NCBI GenBank assembly: GCA_963821525.1
Contig: CAWGED010000005.1
Span: 832,001-896,000 of the forward strand
Direction: 5' to 3'
Source of the DNA: an uncultured Gemmatimonadales bacterium
Lineage (GTDB): Bacteria; Gemmatimonadota; Gemmatimonadetes; Gemmatimonadales; GWC2-71-9
Length of the DNA: 64,000 bases
This document shows, one piece after another, positions 33,684 through 45,791 of the stretch; positions within the stretch are counted from its first letter, which is position 1; each line of letters begins with the position of its first letter. The notes beneath the pieces were generated by a model. The model worked only from the letters and a program-made list of their open reading frames with translations. It was not told where the DNA came from and did no database searches. Position numbers and translations under genes: made by a program.

Positions 33684-33960
33684 ATGCATACGATCAGGGT
33701 CATCGCCGGAGGTTTTCTCCTTCTCGCCCTCTGTCTCCTCATCGGCCGATGGACAGGAGACCCCACGCCGGCTGGTCGGACTGGCTAAGGCGGCGAAGGT
33801 CTTCATCCCGATCTGGTTCGTCGCCTCCGGAATCAATATGTGGATCGGGGTTTCCAAAGCCGGATACTCCGTTGCCGAGGAGGCTCCTACCTTCCTCGTC
33901 GTCTTTGCGGTCCCAGTCGCCGCGGCTCTCCTGGTGTGGTGGAGTGTCGCGCGGGGCTAG
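33684..33960 (+). CDS. Small 3-TM membrane protein (frameshift near 33770)
   Basis: MHTIRVIAGGFLLLALCLLIG...AAKVFIPIW...NMWIGVSKAGYSVAEE, read across two frames. Confidence 0.6.
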
Positions 33961-34085
33961 GTGGTGCCACGTGACAGGTAGACAGGTTCGGTCGGGAAGG
34001 GAACCATTCTTCCCACTGCTGCGTTCTTGCTGAAGTCCGGCTCACTGCGAGCCGGTCAGAACTTCAGCAAGGAGAGCAAGGAAAA

Positions 34086-34547
34086 GTGAAAGCGAAACAC
34101 CTCGCCGGCGCTGCCCTCTTGGCACTGGCCGTGAGCCTGTCCCCAGTGGTGGCCGGGGCTCAGGAGCTCAACGTGAACCATTCCGGGGTGGCGATCAGCG
34201 GCTACGACCCCGTCGCCTACTTCACCACCGCGAGCGCCGTCAAAGGCTCGCCGGAGATCACCGCGACCGAAGCGGGCGGCCACCTACCGCTTCAGCACCA
34301 CGACAAACCGCGACGCGTTTCTCGCGAATCCCGCCCGGTACCTCCCCGTGTACGGCGGCTACTGCGCCTACGGCGTTGCTCACGGGCACAAGGTGGACGT
34401 GGACCCCGAAGCGTTCCGGGTGGTGGACGACAAGCTGTATTTGAACTACAGCAAGGACGTGCAGAAGAAATGGCTGGCGGACATCCCCGGTAACATCAGC
34501 TGGCGGACAGCAATTGGACCAGCCTTCGGGACAAGCCACGGGACTAA
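34086..34547 (+). CDS. YHS domain protein, Cys form (two frameshifts)
   Basis: AISGYDPVAYF, P.YGGYCAYG and DKLYLN. Confidence 0.8.
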
Positions 34548-34563
34548 TCGGACGGGAGGACGT

Positions 34564-34665
34564 AGTACGTGGGGTCGTGGTATGTAGACGGGCGTGACCC
34601 CACGTACTCGGTACTCGGTACTTCGGCTCCAAATCTGAAATCTTCCATCTGAAATCTTCAATTTC
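34564..34665. repeat. 13-bp inverted repeat plus heptamer arrays (GTACTCG; AAATCTK)
   Basis: AGTACGTGGGGTC/GACCCCACGTACT, then short tandem units up to the next ATG. Confidence 0.7.
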
Positions 34666-34667
34666 CA

Positions 34668-35315
34668 ATGCCAAGACTTCGCGTCAACTGCTTCTCCATC
34701 TCCCTTGATGGATACGGCGCCGGTCCCGATCAGGCCCTCGAGAATCCCCTCGGTGTCGGCGGGCTCGCATTGCATGACTGGGTCGTGGCCACCCGGGCAT
34801 TTCACCAGATGCAGCATCAGGAGGGAGGATCAACCGGCATCGATAACGACTTCGCGGTCCGCGGCATGGCCGGCATTGGTGCCTGGATCCTCGGCCGGAA
34901 CATGTTTGGGCCCATCCGAGGTCCCTGGCCCGACGAGGCCTGGCGGGGCTGGTGGGGAGAGGAGCCTCCGTACCACACGCCGGTGTTTGTGCTCACTCAC
35001 CATGCGCGAGCGCCGCTCACCATGAAAGGCGGCACCGAATTTCGTTTTGTCGCTGGAGGCATCCGTCACGCGTTGGAGCAGGCGGGAAAGGCCGCTGGAG
35101 GGCAGGATGTCCGGGTGGGCGGGGGAGTCTCCACCATTCGGCAGTATCTCGAAGCCGGACTGGTTGACGAGCTGCATCTCGCGATCGCGCCCGTGCTCTT
35201 GGGCACAGGTGAAAACCTGCTGGCAGGGCTCAACCTTCCTGCACTGGGCTACGGCGTCACGGAGCATGTTATGACTGCCGCGGCGACCCACGTGGTCTTG
35301 ACTAAGAAGAAGTAG
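34668..35315 (+). CDS. Dihydrofolate reductase/RibD C-terminal family protein
   Basis: SISLDGY, GRNMF, PVFVLTH, GGG..TIRQYL and DELHLAIAPVLLG. Confidence 0.85.
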   Translation: MPRLRVNCFSISLDGYGAGPDQALENPLGVGGLALHDWVVATRAFHQMQHQEGGSTGIDNDFAVRGMAGIGAWILGRNMFGPIRGPWPDEAWRGWWGEEPPYHTPVFVLTHHARAPLTMKGGTEFRFVAGGIRHALEQAGKAAGGQDVRVGGGVSTIRQYLEAGLVDELHLAIAPVLLGTGENLLAGLNLPALGYGVTEHVMTAAATHVVLTKKK

Positions 35316-35462
35316 GAAGTGAGACGAGACGTGGGCCGTCGTTCTCGAACTCGGAACCCGGAACTCGGAACTAACTACCGAACCATGTCTGATTGGCCAG
35401 ACCAACTGCGCATCTCATGGTAGGGCATTGCTGAACCATGTGAAACGCAGGAGGCAGGAGCC

Positions 35463-36267
35463 ATGTTTGCGGATGTGAAGTATGTGGAGCTGGCGATAGG
35501 AGTTAGGGTTCAGTACGTGGAGCAGGGAAGCCCTTCGGGCGTGCCGGTGTGATGCTCCACGGGTATAGCGACTCCTGGCATTCCTTCGAGCCGGTACTGC
35601 CATTTCTTCCTTCTTCGATTCGCGCCTACGCGCATCTCCCAGCGGGGGCACGGGAACACGGCCCGCCCATCGCCGGATACGGGCCGAGTGATTTTGCGGC
35701 GGATCTGGCGGAGTTCATGGATGCGCTGGACATCGATTCAGCGATCGTGGTGGGGCACTCCCTGGGGAGCCTGATCGCTCAGCGCTTCGCGCTCGACTAT
35801 CCCGAGCGGACAATTGGGATTGGTGCTGATCGGTTCGGGTCCCGCGATGCGAGGGAATCCGGTCTGGTCGGAGCTTCGCGCCCCCGTGCTGGATCTGACC
35901 GATCCGGTTGATCCCCGGTTCGTCCGGGAGTTCCAGGAGAGCACACTGGCGCAGCCGATACCGCCGACCTTTCTCGATACCGTGGTGCAGGAGAGTCGGA
36001 AGCTCCCGGCCCGGGTCTGGCGATCGATCTGGCAGGGACTTCGCCGAGGTGGATCACTCGGACGAGCTTAGCCAGCTCAAGGCGCCGACCCTGGTGACCT
36101 GGGGCGATCGGGACTCGGTATTCGGACGTAACGAGCAGGAGGCGATCGTTGCGGCGGTCCCGGATGCGCGACTCATCGTGTATCCGGGCGCCGGCCACGG
36201 GACGCACTGGGAGGAGCCGGAGCGGTTCGCGTCGGATCTGGTGGCGTTTGTCAGAAGGGTCGCTTGA
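35463..36267 (+). CDS. Alpha/beta hydrolase (several frameshifts)
   Basis: LHGYSDS, GHSLG nucleophile elbow, WGDRD and GAGH. Confidence 0.8.
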
Positions 36268-36345
36268 TCCCTACTTGATTCGCGGTTGATAGCGTTTGAC
36301 CAGTTGATCGGTCGAACCGCTGTCCACTCGAACCTGGGGGCTCCC

Positions 36346-36795
36346 ATGCGACTCGTGCTTTCCATCGTGGCCCTTGCCCTGCTCGGTTCAGGATGTGGCT
36401 CGGTGGCCTCGGCCCCGCCGGAACTTGCCGCGACAGCCCTCACCTTTACTCCCGCGCCGGGCAAGTCACGCATCTACGTGTATCGGCCGTCCCGGTTCGT
36501 CGGCTCGGCTGCCCACTTGAAGGTTGAGGTGGATAGCCAGTTCGTCGGCAAGACTGGTTCCGGCACCTTCATGATGATCGAAGTGGATCCTGGCCACCAC
36601 CGGGTCAGCGGCCTGAGCAGCGAGAGCGACCGGGGAGTGGATTTTGAGGCGTTGGCCGACAGCACCTACTTCTTCAAGCTGTGGCCCAAGATGGGGTTCA
36701 TGAGCGCGCAGTCGGGGATCGAACCCATGGACCCGGTCGAGGGGCGGCGTGCAGTTCAAGAGTCTCGCATGGTCCCCGCCAATTGGCCAGGGTGA
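36346..36795 (+). CDS. DUF2846-like lipoprotein
   Basis: Lipobox GSGC; IYVYRP and VDPGHH pattern. Confidence 0.7.
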   Translation: MRLVLSIVALALLGSGCGSVASAPPELAATALTFTPAPGKSRIYVYRPSRFVGSAAHLKVEVDSQFVGKTGSGTFMMIEVDPGHHRVSGLSSESDRGVDFEALADSTYFFKLWPKMGFMSAQSGIEPMDPVEGRRAVQESRMVPANWPG

Positions 36796-36887
36796 GCCGG
36801 TCGCCACCAGCCAGTGAGCACCGCGGAGGTGCGTGGCATTGTTGCCAAGCCTGGTAACTCTTAGTCGCCAGCCGGGAGGAATAGGAT

Positions 36888-37377
36888 ATGACGTCCTACT
36901 ACCGAGTCAGTACCGCGAAACTGGTCGCGCTCAGTTTTTGCACCCTGGGCTTCTATAGCATCTACTGGTTCTACCGCCAGTGGCAGGCCGAGGGTGAAGA
37001 GCACGACGAGAGCGATTCTGCTCCCTTTCGGGCCTTTTTCTCTGTGTTTACCGCCTACTCGCTGTTCTCCCGAATCCACGCCGCATTGAGTCTGGACGGA
37101 GACCGTCCCCGCTTCTCCCCTGGCCTCTACGCCGTGGCGTACTTTGTCCTGGTGACAGCCTGGCGCCTGCCCGACCCCTACGGTTTGCTCGGCGTTGTTG
37201 TGGTTCATCCCGATCCTCCGTGTCCAGCAAGCGATTAATGCCAATGTCCGGAAGCACGATCCCACCGCCTCTTTGAATGAGACGTGGGAGTGGTGGGCCT
37301 TTTTCCTCGCCTGCGTCGGAGGGACGTTCATGCTGATAGGTGTGGTCGCAACTCTCTTCCCCGAGTTGCCTGAGTAG
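36888..37377 (+). CDS. Membrane protein (DUF4234-like; frameshift near 37200)
   Basis: KLVALSFCTLGFYSIYWFYRQW and VQQAIN. Confidence 0.6.
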
Positions 37378-38029
37378 CCGGCGACCGGCGGGAAGCAGGA
37401 AGGCGGGAATCCAATGCGGCTAGCTCGATCTCCTTCTTGGCATCCGAGTCCTCCAGATCTGAACGTAGCATTGGTTCGCAAGGCGCTGGCGGCGTGAGAT
37501 GACATGCAGGTGTGCTGGCGAGCCGAACATATTGACTTGACAATGACTTGATAAGTGATATGTAACCTATTACGTTAGCTCCACGGATCGATAGCAGCCG
37601 CGGTGGAGTCACTGCGACCCCGGGGAAATGCGCCCCGAATCGAACCGACAGTCCGCGAGCTCTACGCACGACGGCTCATCAAGCACTCGAATCTCCTCAG
37701 TCTCACTTCAGCCTGCCAGGCCCGCCTGCGTAAGGGTGATGCCCCTTAGTCCCTATTGTCGATCGCAGAAGTCCTCCGCACTTTGGTCACCTCCCCTTGG
37801 GCCAGGACGGCCGTTACGCCAGACAGCACGGTGCGCAGGCGCCTCGTCGCAGGTCTCCCATCCCGCGTCGGTCTCACCGCCGAGCCTGCGCAGGCGCGTG
37901 CCCTGACCCCTGTAGTTCAAGCCCCACCAAACCAGTGGTTCCTGGCCAGACCCCCGCCAGCTTCAGTTGAATGATTCCAGCAGCGCATTGTCCGTTTCAC
38001 ATTTGCAGCAAGAAAAAGGAGTCCATCAC

Positions 38030-38821
38030 ATGTCCAACATTCTGGGAAGCCGCCGAGCGCGGTTCCCTGCAGTGATCGTCGCGGCGGTCTTGGACTCGCC
38101 GCCTGCGGCGACGACATCACCAACAACAACGCTGCAATTCCCACGTTCACCCCTGACCCGATCGTTGCCGCGGCCGACCTTCAGACGGCGCTGGTAGGAT
38201 GCCGTCGCTGCCGGCAATGGCGGATTGGGTTTCCCCATGTGGGCAACCGTCGTGGACCGGGCCGGCGTCGTCGTAGCCGTGGTCCACAGCGGAGCCGGGC
38301 GTGGGTGATCAGTGGCTCGGCAGCCGGGCCATTTCGGCGCAAAAGGCGAACACCGCGAATGACTTCAGTCTGGACGGCTTCGCACTCTCCACTGCCAATC
38401 TCTACAGCGCGACGCAGCCGGGTGGGAGCCTCTTCGGCCTGCAGGAGAGCAATCCGGTGAATACCGACGTGGTCTATGGCGGCGACTTCATCAGTACGGC
38501 ACCACCAGCGATTTCATGGTCGGGAAGAAGCCCGGTGGGGTGAACGTCTTTGGCGGTGGACTCGCACTCTATGACGCGACCGGCGCCCTCATCGGTGCCG
38601 TCGGAGTCAGCGGGGATACCTCCTGCGCCGACCACAACATCGCCTGGCGGGTGCGCGATGCGCTGGCGTCTCGATTTCGTGCCCGGCAGGGGTCGATGCG
38701 GGCACCGATGACATCATTTACGACATCACGGGCGGCGTGAGCGCCAGCGGATTCGGCCACCCGACCTGCGGCGGGACCGAGGACACTTTCGACATGCCCA
38801 CCTTGTTACCCGATCAGCTGA
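38030..38821 (+). CDS. GlcG/HbpS-type heme-binding lipoprotein (heavily frameshifted; pseudogene not excluded)
   Basis: MWATVVDRAG, SRAISAQKANTA, FGGGLALY and GVSGDTSCADH, read across frames. Confidence 0.7.
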
Positions 38822-39027
38822 CGTCGAGTTCCTCTGAACCGTCTTCGGCGGGTCCGGCTCCGGCCGGGCCCGCTGTCATTCGTGGCCTTCTCATCTGCGA
38901 CTGACAGTCGACCGATGTTGCGTTAGGCTCATGCCTTTCCTGAAACCAAACCACCGCAGCGCACGCTTATGTTTAGCGAGATTCGCTGATCCAGGATCCC
39001 TCCACCTTGACCCTCGCAAGAAGAGCC

Positions 39028-41839
39028 ATGTCCGCTGTTCGAGCAGATCTCCGTGTGCTGATTCTCGCCCTTGCCGTCCTTCACCGCCGCGCCGCCGCTC
39101 GTCCAACCTCAGCAGGCTCCGCCGGCCGCGAAGCCCGGCTCCCAAAGCGCCCGCGGCCCCGGCCCCGCGCCATCAAGGGGCCGACCGTCGAAGGCATCAC
39201 CGAATACAGCCTGCCCAATGGCCTCCGGTTCCTGCTGTTTCCCGATCCATCGAAGCCCACCATGACAGTCAACATCACATACATGGTTGGCTCCCGGAAT
39301 GAGGGATACGGGGAGACCGGAATGGCTCATCTTCTCGAGCACATGCTCTTCAAGGGCACCCCACGGCACCGCAACGTCCCGCAGGAGCTGACCGAGCACG
39401 GCGCCGATCCCAACGGGACGACCTGGTTCGATCGCACCAATTACTTCGAGACCTTCGCCGCGACCGACAGCAACCTGGCCTGGGCGCTCGATCTCGAATC
39501 CGACCGGATGATTCACAGTTACGTGGCCAAGAAGGATCTCGAGACCGAATTCACCGTGGTGCGGAACGAGTTCGAGCTGGGCGAGAACGATCCGGGCAGC
39601 ATTCTCGAAGAGCGGGCGATGTCCACCGCCTACCTCTGGCACAACTACGGGCACTCGACGATTGGGGCCCGTTCCGATATCGAGCAGGTGCCCATCGAGC
39701 GGCTGCAGGGCTTCTATCGGAAGTACTACCAGCCTGACAACGCATTGCTGGTCGTGGCTGGGAAATTCGACGAAGCGAAGACCCTGCGTCTCATCACCGC
39801 GAAGTTTGGCGCCATCCCGAGGCCCAAGCGCGATGGCGACATGAAGGTCTATCCGACCTACACCCTGGATCCGACCCAGGACGGAGAGCGGAGCGTCACG
39901 CTGCGTCGCACCGGCGATGTCCAGGCGCTGATCGCGATCTATCACGTGCCCGCCGGGTCTCACACCGATTTCCCGGCGGTCGAAGTTCTTTCCCGTGTGC
40001 TGGGAGACGCCCCATCCGGCCGGCTCTACGCCGCTCTGGTCGCGACCGGTCTCGCCGCCGACGTCTCGGCCGGGGTCTATCGACTCAAGGAACCGGGCGT
40101 TCTCGAAGCCACGGCGCAGGTCAGGAAGGAGAGTTCTCTGGACAGCGCGCGCACAGCACTGCTGGCGACGCTGACCGACGTAGTGAGCCGGCCGCCCAGC
40201 ACCGAAGAAGTCGAGCGCGCAAAATCAACCATCGTCAAGAATTTCGAGCTGCAGCTCAACAATTCTCAGGGTGTGGCGCGGAATCTGAGCGAGTGGCAGG
40301 CGATGGGAGACTGGCGGATGCTGTTTCTCTATCGCGACCGGATCAAGGCCGTCACCGTCCAGGATGTGCAGCGGGTGGCCCAGGCTTACCTGAAGCCGTC
40401 GAACCTTACCGTCGGCTCTTTTGTCCCCACGGAGAAACCAGATCGCGCCGAGATCCCTGCGACGCCTGACGTGGCGGCTTTGGTGAAGGACTACAAGGGA
40501 GACACGACGCTTGCCGTCGGTGAAGCGTTCGATCCTTCGCCGGGAAACATCGATCAGACGGACGACTCGAACCGCGGTCGGCGGGATGAAGCTGGCCCTG
40601 CTGCCGAAGCAGACCCGTGGCCAGTCGGTGAACGCGAGCCTCACGCTCCGCTTCGGGAGCGCACAATCGCTGCAGAATCGTGCGACGGCGGCGGATCTCG
40701 CGGGCGACATGCTGATGCGGGGCACCCGCACGCTCTCCCGCCAGCAGATCAAGGATTCGCTCGACAAACTCAAGGCCCGGGTCGCGATCATGAGCGCCCC
40801 CAATCAGGTCATGGCCCGGATCGAAACCACGCGGCCCAACCTGGTGCCGACCCTTCAGCTCCTGGGCTCGATCCTCAAGGAACCGGCCTTCGATCCGAAG
40901 GAGTTCGACGAGCTCAAGCGGCAGGATCTGGCTGGGCTCGAGGAGCAGAAGTCGGATCCCCAGGCCCTGGCCTTCAACAGCTTCACCCGCTACCTGAGCC
41001 CCTGGCCCAAGGAAGATCCCCGCTACACTCCCACCATCGAGGAGTCGATCGCCGACTACGGTGCCGCCACGGTGGATGACGCCAAGCGGTACTACGTCGA
41101 GTTCTATGGCGCGAGTGACGCGACCATGGCGGTGGTCGGGGATTTCGACCCGAAGCAGGTGACCGATCTGGTCGGAACGCTGTTCGGAACGTGGCAGAGT
41201 CCCAAGCCATTCGAGCGCCTGGCCAACGAGTACCGCGACATTCCTGCAACCGGAATTACCATCGCGACACCCGACAAAGCCAACGCCTGGTTCATCGCCG
41301 GAACCAACGTCCCGATGCGGGACGACGATCCCGACTATCCCGCCTTCATGCTGGCCAACGAGATCCTGGGCGGCGGTTTCCTGAATTCCCGTCTCGCGGT
41401 CCGCATCCGGCAGAAGGACGGCGTGAGCTATGGCGTCGGTTCGTTCGTGAACGCGAGCCCGCTCGACAAATCCGGCCAGTTCATCGGCTATGCCATCTAC
41501 GCGCCCGAGAATGTGGCGAAGGTGGAGACCGGCTTTAAGGAAGAAGTGGAGCGGGCCCGGCGGGACGGGTTCACGGCGGAAGAGGTCGAGAAAGCGCGCG
41601 CGGGAATGCTGCAGAACCGTCAGGTCGACCGCTCCCAGGATCCAGCGCTCTCGGGAGAGCTGTCAACCGAGCTCTACGTCGGCCGCACGATGGCCTTCGA
41701 GGCGGACTTCGAGAAGCGCCTGCTGGCTCTCCGTCCCGCCGATGTGACCGCAGCGCTTCGAAAATACGTGGATCCGGCGAAGGTCACGATCGTGAAAGCC
41801 GGAGATTTTTCGAAAGCGACAGCACCGGCCCAGCCGTAG
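39028..41839 (+). CDS. M16 (pitrilysin) family zinc protease (frameshift near 40555)
   Basis: HLLEH inverzincin motif, NGTTWFDRTNY and a second-half RIRQKDGVSY. Confidence 0.9.
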
Positions 41840-41840
41840 G

Positions 41841-41938
41841 TAATTGCAGATTGACGATTGCTGATTGTCGATTGAAAATTGAACGGTAGGGATTAGCGGC
41901 TTTTCAATCGTCAATCGTCAATCAGCAATCAGCAATTA
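41841..41938. repeat. 38-bp imperfect inverted repeat built from GATTGNN heptamers
   Basis: TAATTGCAGATTGACGATTGCTGATTGTCGATTGAAAA / TTTTCAATCGTCAATCGTCAATCAGCAATCAGCAATTA. Confidence 0.9.
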
Positions 41939-41948
41939 TCTTTGCCCC

Positions 41949-43265
41949 ATGCAGGACCGTTTCGTATCCCATCTCGCTTCCCTCGACATCCAGCCTGCCC
42001 GCGCCATTGTCGCGGTGTCGGGCGGGCCGGATTCGGTTGCCCTGCTCGACCTCCTGCTCCAGAGCCGGGAGTCTCACCAGCTCGACCTCCTGGTCGCGCA
42101 CGCGGACCACGGTATTTCCCCGGAAAGTGGTGACGTCGCCGTGCGGGTAGGCGAGCTCGCCCGCGTCGCCGGACTCCCGTTCGTGACCGCACGGCTTGCT
42201 CTGGGGCCCGAGGCCAGTGAGACCGAGGCGCGGGAGGCGCGATATGGCTGGCTGCGCCGGATGCGGGAGGCTCACGACGCGAGGTGGATCTTCACCGCTC
42301 ATCACGCAGACGACCAGGCCGAGACCGTATTGCTGCGCGCACTCGGGGGAAGCGGACCCGCGGGTCTCGCGGGAATGAAGCCAATCGAGGGAGACATTGT
42401 CCGGCCATTGCTCGGCTTCTCCCGCGCCGAGCTGCTCGCTTACGTGGAATCTCGCGGTCTCTGGTACTGGCACGATCCGGCCAATGAGGATGCGCGGCAT
42501 TTGCGCTCCTGGCTCCGGCACAGTGTGATGCCTCGGCTCAGAGAGCGGATCACCGACGTCGACCAGCGCCTGCGTGACGTGGGACGTCAGGCTGCCGCAG
42601 ACCGGGCCGCGTGGGATGCGGCACTTGATGTGGTGCCGGGACTCGACTGGCAGGTCGAGCCTGAGGGTGCATCTCTCGATGCAGCCACTTTGGCTCGTGT
42701 CGAGCCCTCACTCGGCGCGGCGCTGGCCATGGCGTGGGTCCGGCGTGCGGGAGGAGTGCTGGGACTGCGGCACGGGAGCCGGGTCCTGGCGTTCGCCAAA
42801 GAGTCTGAGAGCGGCGCCCGGCTGGAGTTGCCGAGTGGCTGGGTGGTGGAGCGGGGATTCGATCGGCTGCTTCTCTTGCGGCCGCGTTCTCCGGTCGTGG
42901 CCGAGGTGGTACTTCCTTCGGAGACCACAGGAGAGCTCAATTGGGGAAACTGGCGACTCGAATGGCGCCAGGAATCGGCGCCTCAGGTCCAGAAGCGGAA
43001 CGGCATGACAGCCTGGTTCGTCCCCGAGACCATGCTGCTCCGCACTTGGCGGGCGGGGGACCGGGTCGCTCCGATCGGCGGCACAGGACGGCGGCTCGCC
43101 GTTCGTTGTTTTCAGGACGCCCGGGTGCCCCGCATGCGGCGAAGCCAGTGGCCGGTCTTCGACCGGGAGGGCACGGTGATCTGGATTCCCGGAGTTTGTC
43201 GCTCCTCTCTGCTGCTACCGGCTGCCGGCAGTCCGGCGCTTCGGGTCGATGTCGCTCCCCGCTGA
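41949..43265 (+). CDS. tilS: tRNA(Ile)-lysidine synthetase
   Basis: VAVSGGPDS, AHHADDQAET, RPLL and D.AN. Confidence 0.93.
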   Translation: MQDRFVSHLASLDIQPARAIVAVSGGPDSVALLDLLLQSRESHQLDLLVAHADHGISPESGDVAVRVGELARVAGLPFVTARLALGPEASETEAREARYGWLRRMREAHDARWIFTAHHADDQAETVLLRALGGSGPAGLAGMKPIEGDIVRPLLGFSRAELLAYVESRGLWYWHDPANEDARHLRSWLRHSVMPRLRERITDVDQRLRDVGRQAAADRAAWDAALDVVPGLDWQVEPEGASLDAATLARVEPSLGAALAMAWVRRAGGVLGLRHGSRVLAFAKESESGARLELPSGWVVERGFDRLLLLRPRSPVVAEVVLPSETTGELNWGNWRLEWRQESAPQVQKRNGMTAWFVPETMLLRTWRAGDRVAPIGGTGRRLAVRCFQDARVPRMRRSQWPVFDREGTVIWIPGVCRSSLLLPAAGSPALRVDVAPR

Positions 43266-43812
43266 GGTGACCCGGAGAGTAGGCGCCCGGAGCCTGCGCC
43301 GGGTGGTCTACGACGCCGAGACGATTCGGCGGCGGATAGTCGAGCTGGGGCGGGAGATCACCAGCGCATATCCCGACGGCGATCTGCTCCTGGTGGGTCT
43401 CCTCAAGGGCAGTTTCATGTTCCTGGCCGATCTGGTGCGGGAAATCGAGCGGCCCCTTCAGGTAGACTTCATCCGGGTCAGCTCCTACGGGACCGGGCGG
43501 GAGTCCTCGGGGCGGGTCGAGCTGCTGTACGATCCTGAGACCAGCCTCCAGGGCAAGCACGTTGTGCTCGTTGAGGATATAATTGATAGCGGGAGAACGC
43601 TGGCCCGACTCATCGCGTTGCTCCAGTCCCGGGGCCCCGCGAGCCTCAGCGTCTCCGCCTTGCTGGACAAGCAGTTAGCCGACGTGCTGCCGGAAGCGCG
43701 GTTCATCGGCTTCGTGGCACCGCCGGTCTTTCTGGTCGGCTATGGTTTGGATCACGCGGAAGAGTTCCGGCATCTTCCGTTTATCGCGGAGCTGGATGAA
43801 CTGAATGGCTGA
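43249..43812 (+). CDS. hpt: Hypoxanthine phosphoribosyltransferase
   Basis: [17 protein letters not shown] and VGYGLD. Confidence 0.93.
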   Translation: MSLPAEVTRRVGARSLRRVVYDAETIRRRIVELGREITSAYPDGDLLLVGLLKGSFMFLADLVREIERPLQVDFIRVSSYGTGRESSGRVELLYDPETSLQGKHVVLVEDIIDSGRTLARLIALLQSRGPASLSVSALLDKQLADVLPEARFIGFVAPPVFLVGYGLDHAEEFRHLPFIAELDELNG

Positions 43813-45791
43813 ACGGTTACCCTCTCGCCCGCCTCGTCCTGATTGGCGGAACATGCGCAATAATCTTGCGCTCTGGCTGCTGGTGGCTCTGGTGGCCATG
43901 GCCCTGTTCCAGCTGATGAACAGTCAGCGGGCGTCGATGCAGGAGTTCACTTACACCGCCTTCAAGCAGCAGTTGGAGGCCGGCAACGTCGCGTCCGTCA
44001 CGGTGTACGATGGTCGCCAGGTGGAAGGCGAATTCCGCGCCCCGGTTCCTCAGGATGGTCGTCAGGCCAAGACCTTCTCGGTCCTGCTTCCCATCGCCAA
44101 CAGCGAAACCTTCCTGGCCGAGCTGGAGAAGGCTGGCGTGCCCATTTCGGCCAAGGAGCCGAAGGTGGGCATCGCGAATTTCCTCATCGCCGCTTTGCCC
44201 TGGATCGTGATCATCGGCCTCTGGCTCTTCCTCCTGCGCCAGCTGCAGGCGGGAGGCAGTCGCGCGTTCTCCTTCGGCAAATCGAAGGCTCGGCTGCTCG
44301 CGGGAGACACTCCCAAGCTGACCTTCGCCGACGTGGCCGGTTGCGACGAGGCCAAGGTCGAGTTGCAGGAGATCATCGAGTTCCTGAAGGATCCCCAGAA
44401 GTTCACCCGGCTGGGTGGACGGCTTCCCAAGGGCGCCCTTCTGGTCGGTCCTCCGGGCACCGGCAAGACCCTGCTCGCCAAGGCGGTGGCCGGTGAAGCC
44501 GGGCGGCCGTTCTTCTCGATGTCGGGTTCCGACTTCGTGGAGATGTTCGTCGGCGTCGGTGCCTCGCGGGTGCGCGACCTGTTCGAACAGGGCAAGGCCC
44601 ACGCGCCCTGCATCATCTTCATCGATGAAATCGACGCCGTCGGCCGGCACCGCGGCGCCGGACTGGGCGGCGGCCACGACGAGCGGGAGCAGACCCTGAA
44701 TCAGCTGCTGGTCGAGATGGACGGCTTCGAGTCGAACGAAGGCGTCATCCTCGTCGCGGCCACCAACCGTCCCGATGTGCTCGATCCCGCGTTGCTGCGT
44801 CCCGGGCGCTTCGACCGGCAGATCGTGGTTGACGCTCCCGACGTGCGGGGCAGGGAAGGGATTCTCCGAGTGCACACCCGGAAGATCCCGCTCTCGGCCG
44901 ATGTGAATCTGGAGACGCTGGCCAAGGGCACTCCCGGCATGGCCGGGGCAGATCTCGCGAATCTGGTGAACGAGGCGGCGGTGCTCGCCGCGCGGCGCAA
45001 CAAGTCGCTGGTGGACATGTCGGACTTCGAGGACGCCAAGGACAAGGTGATGCTGGGCCTCGAGCGTCGCAGCCTGGTGCTCACCGAGGAAGAGCGGCGT
45101 CTCACGGCGTATCACGAGGCCGGGCATGCCATCGTCGCCCTGAGCACTCCGGGGGCGGATCCGATCCACAAGGTCACCATCGTTCCCCGGGGCCGTGCGC
45201 TTGGGGATCACCCTCGGGTTGCCGGACAAGGACCGCTACAACTACACCAAGGAATGGCTGCTCGGCGAGCTGGTCATCTTCTTCGGCGGCCGGGCGGCCG
45301 AAGAGCTCGTCTTCGGTCCCGACCAGGTCACTGCCGGCGCTTCCAACGACATCGAACGCGCCACAAACATCGCGCGCCGGATGGTAACCCAGTTCGGGAT
45401 GAGCGACAGCATCGGCATGATGGCGGTGGGAGACAAGGAGCAGGAGATCTTCCTGGGCCGTGAATTCTCGCAGCGGCGCGAGATCTCCGAGCGGACCGCC
45501 GAGGCGGTGGATGATGAAGTCAAGAAGATGCTCGATACGGCCTACCGGCACGCCCTCGAAATCGTGCGATCCCGCCGCGAGCTGCTCGATCGCATGGTCG
45601 AGGCGTTGATGGATCGGGAGACGCTTGACCGGGAAGAGGTGGACCTGCTGTACCAGGGCCAGCCGCTTCCTCCCAAGCCGCCGGCGCCGCCGGTTCCCCC
45701 CGCTGCGGTGGCTCCGGCCATTAAGCCCGACGCTCCGCCGCAGCGCACCCCCATTCTCGGCGCGCCCCCAGCGGAACCCGCCGGCGCGTGA
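43805..45791 (+). CDS. ftsH: ATP-dependent zinc metalloprotease FtsH (frameshift near 45200)
   Basis: [17 protein letters not shown] motif and HEAGH. Confidence 0.96.

Noticed and set aside
34086..34547. Selenoprotein readthrough in the YHS protein
   Set aside because: The relevant codon in GGYCAY is TGC (Cys); the breaks are frameshifts, not in-frame TGA
37905..37935. GTTCAAGCCCCACCA resembling a tRNA 3' end or att site closing the accessory block
   Set aside because: No cloverleaf, and it does not match the tRNA-Met 3' end (GTTCGAGTCCCGCCCCTGCTA)
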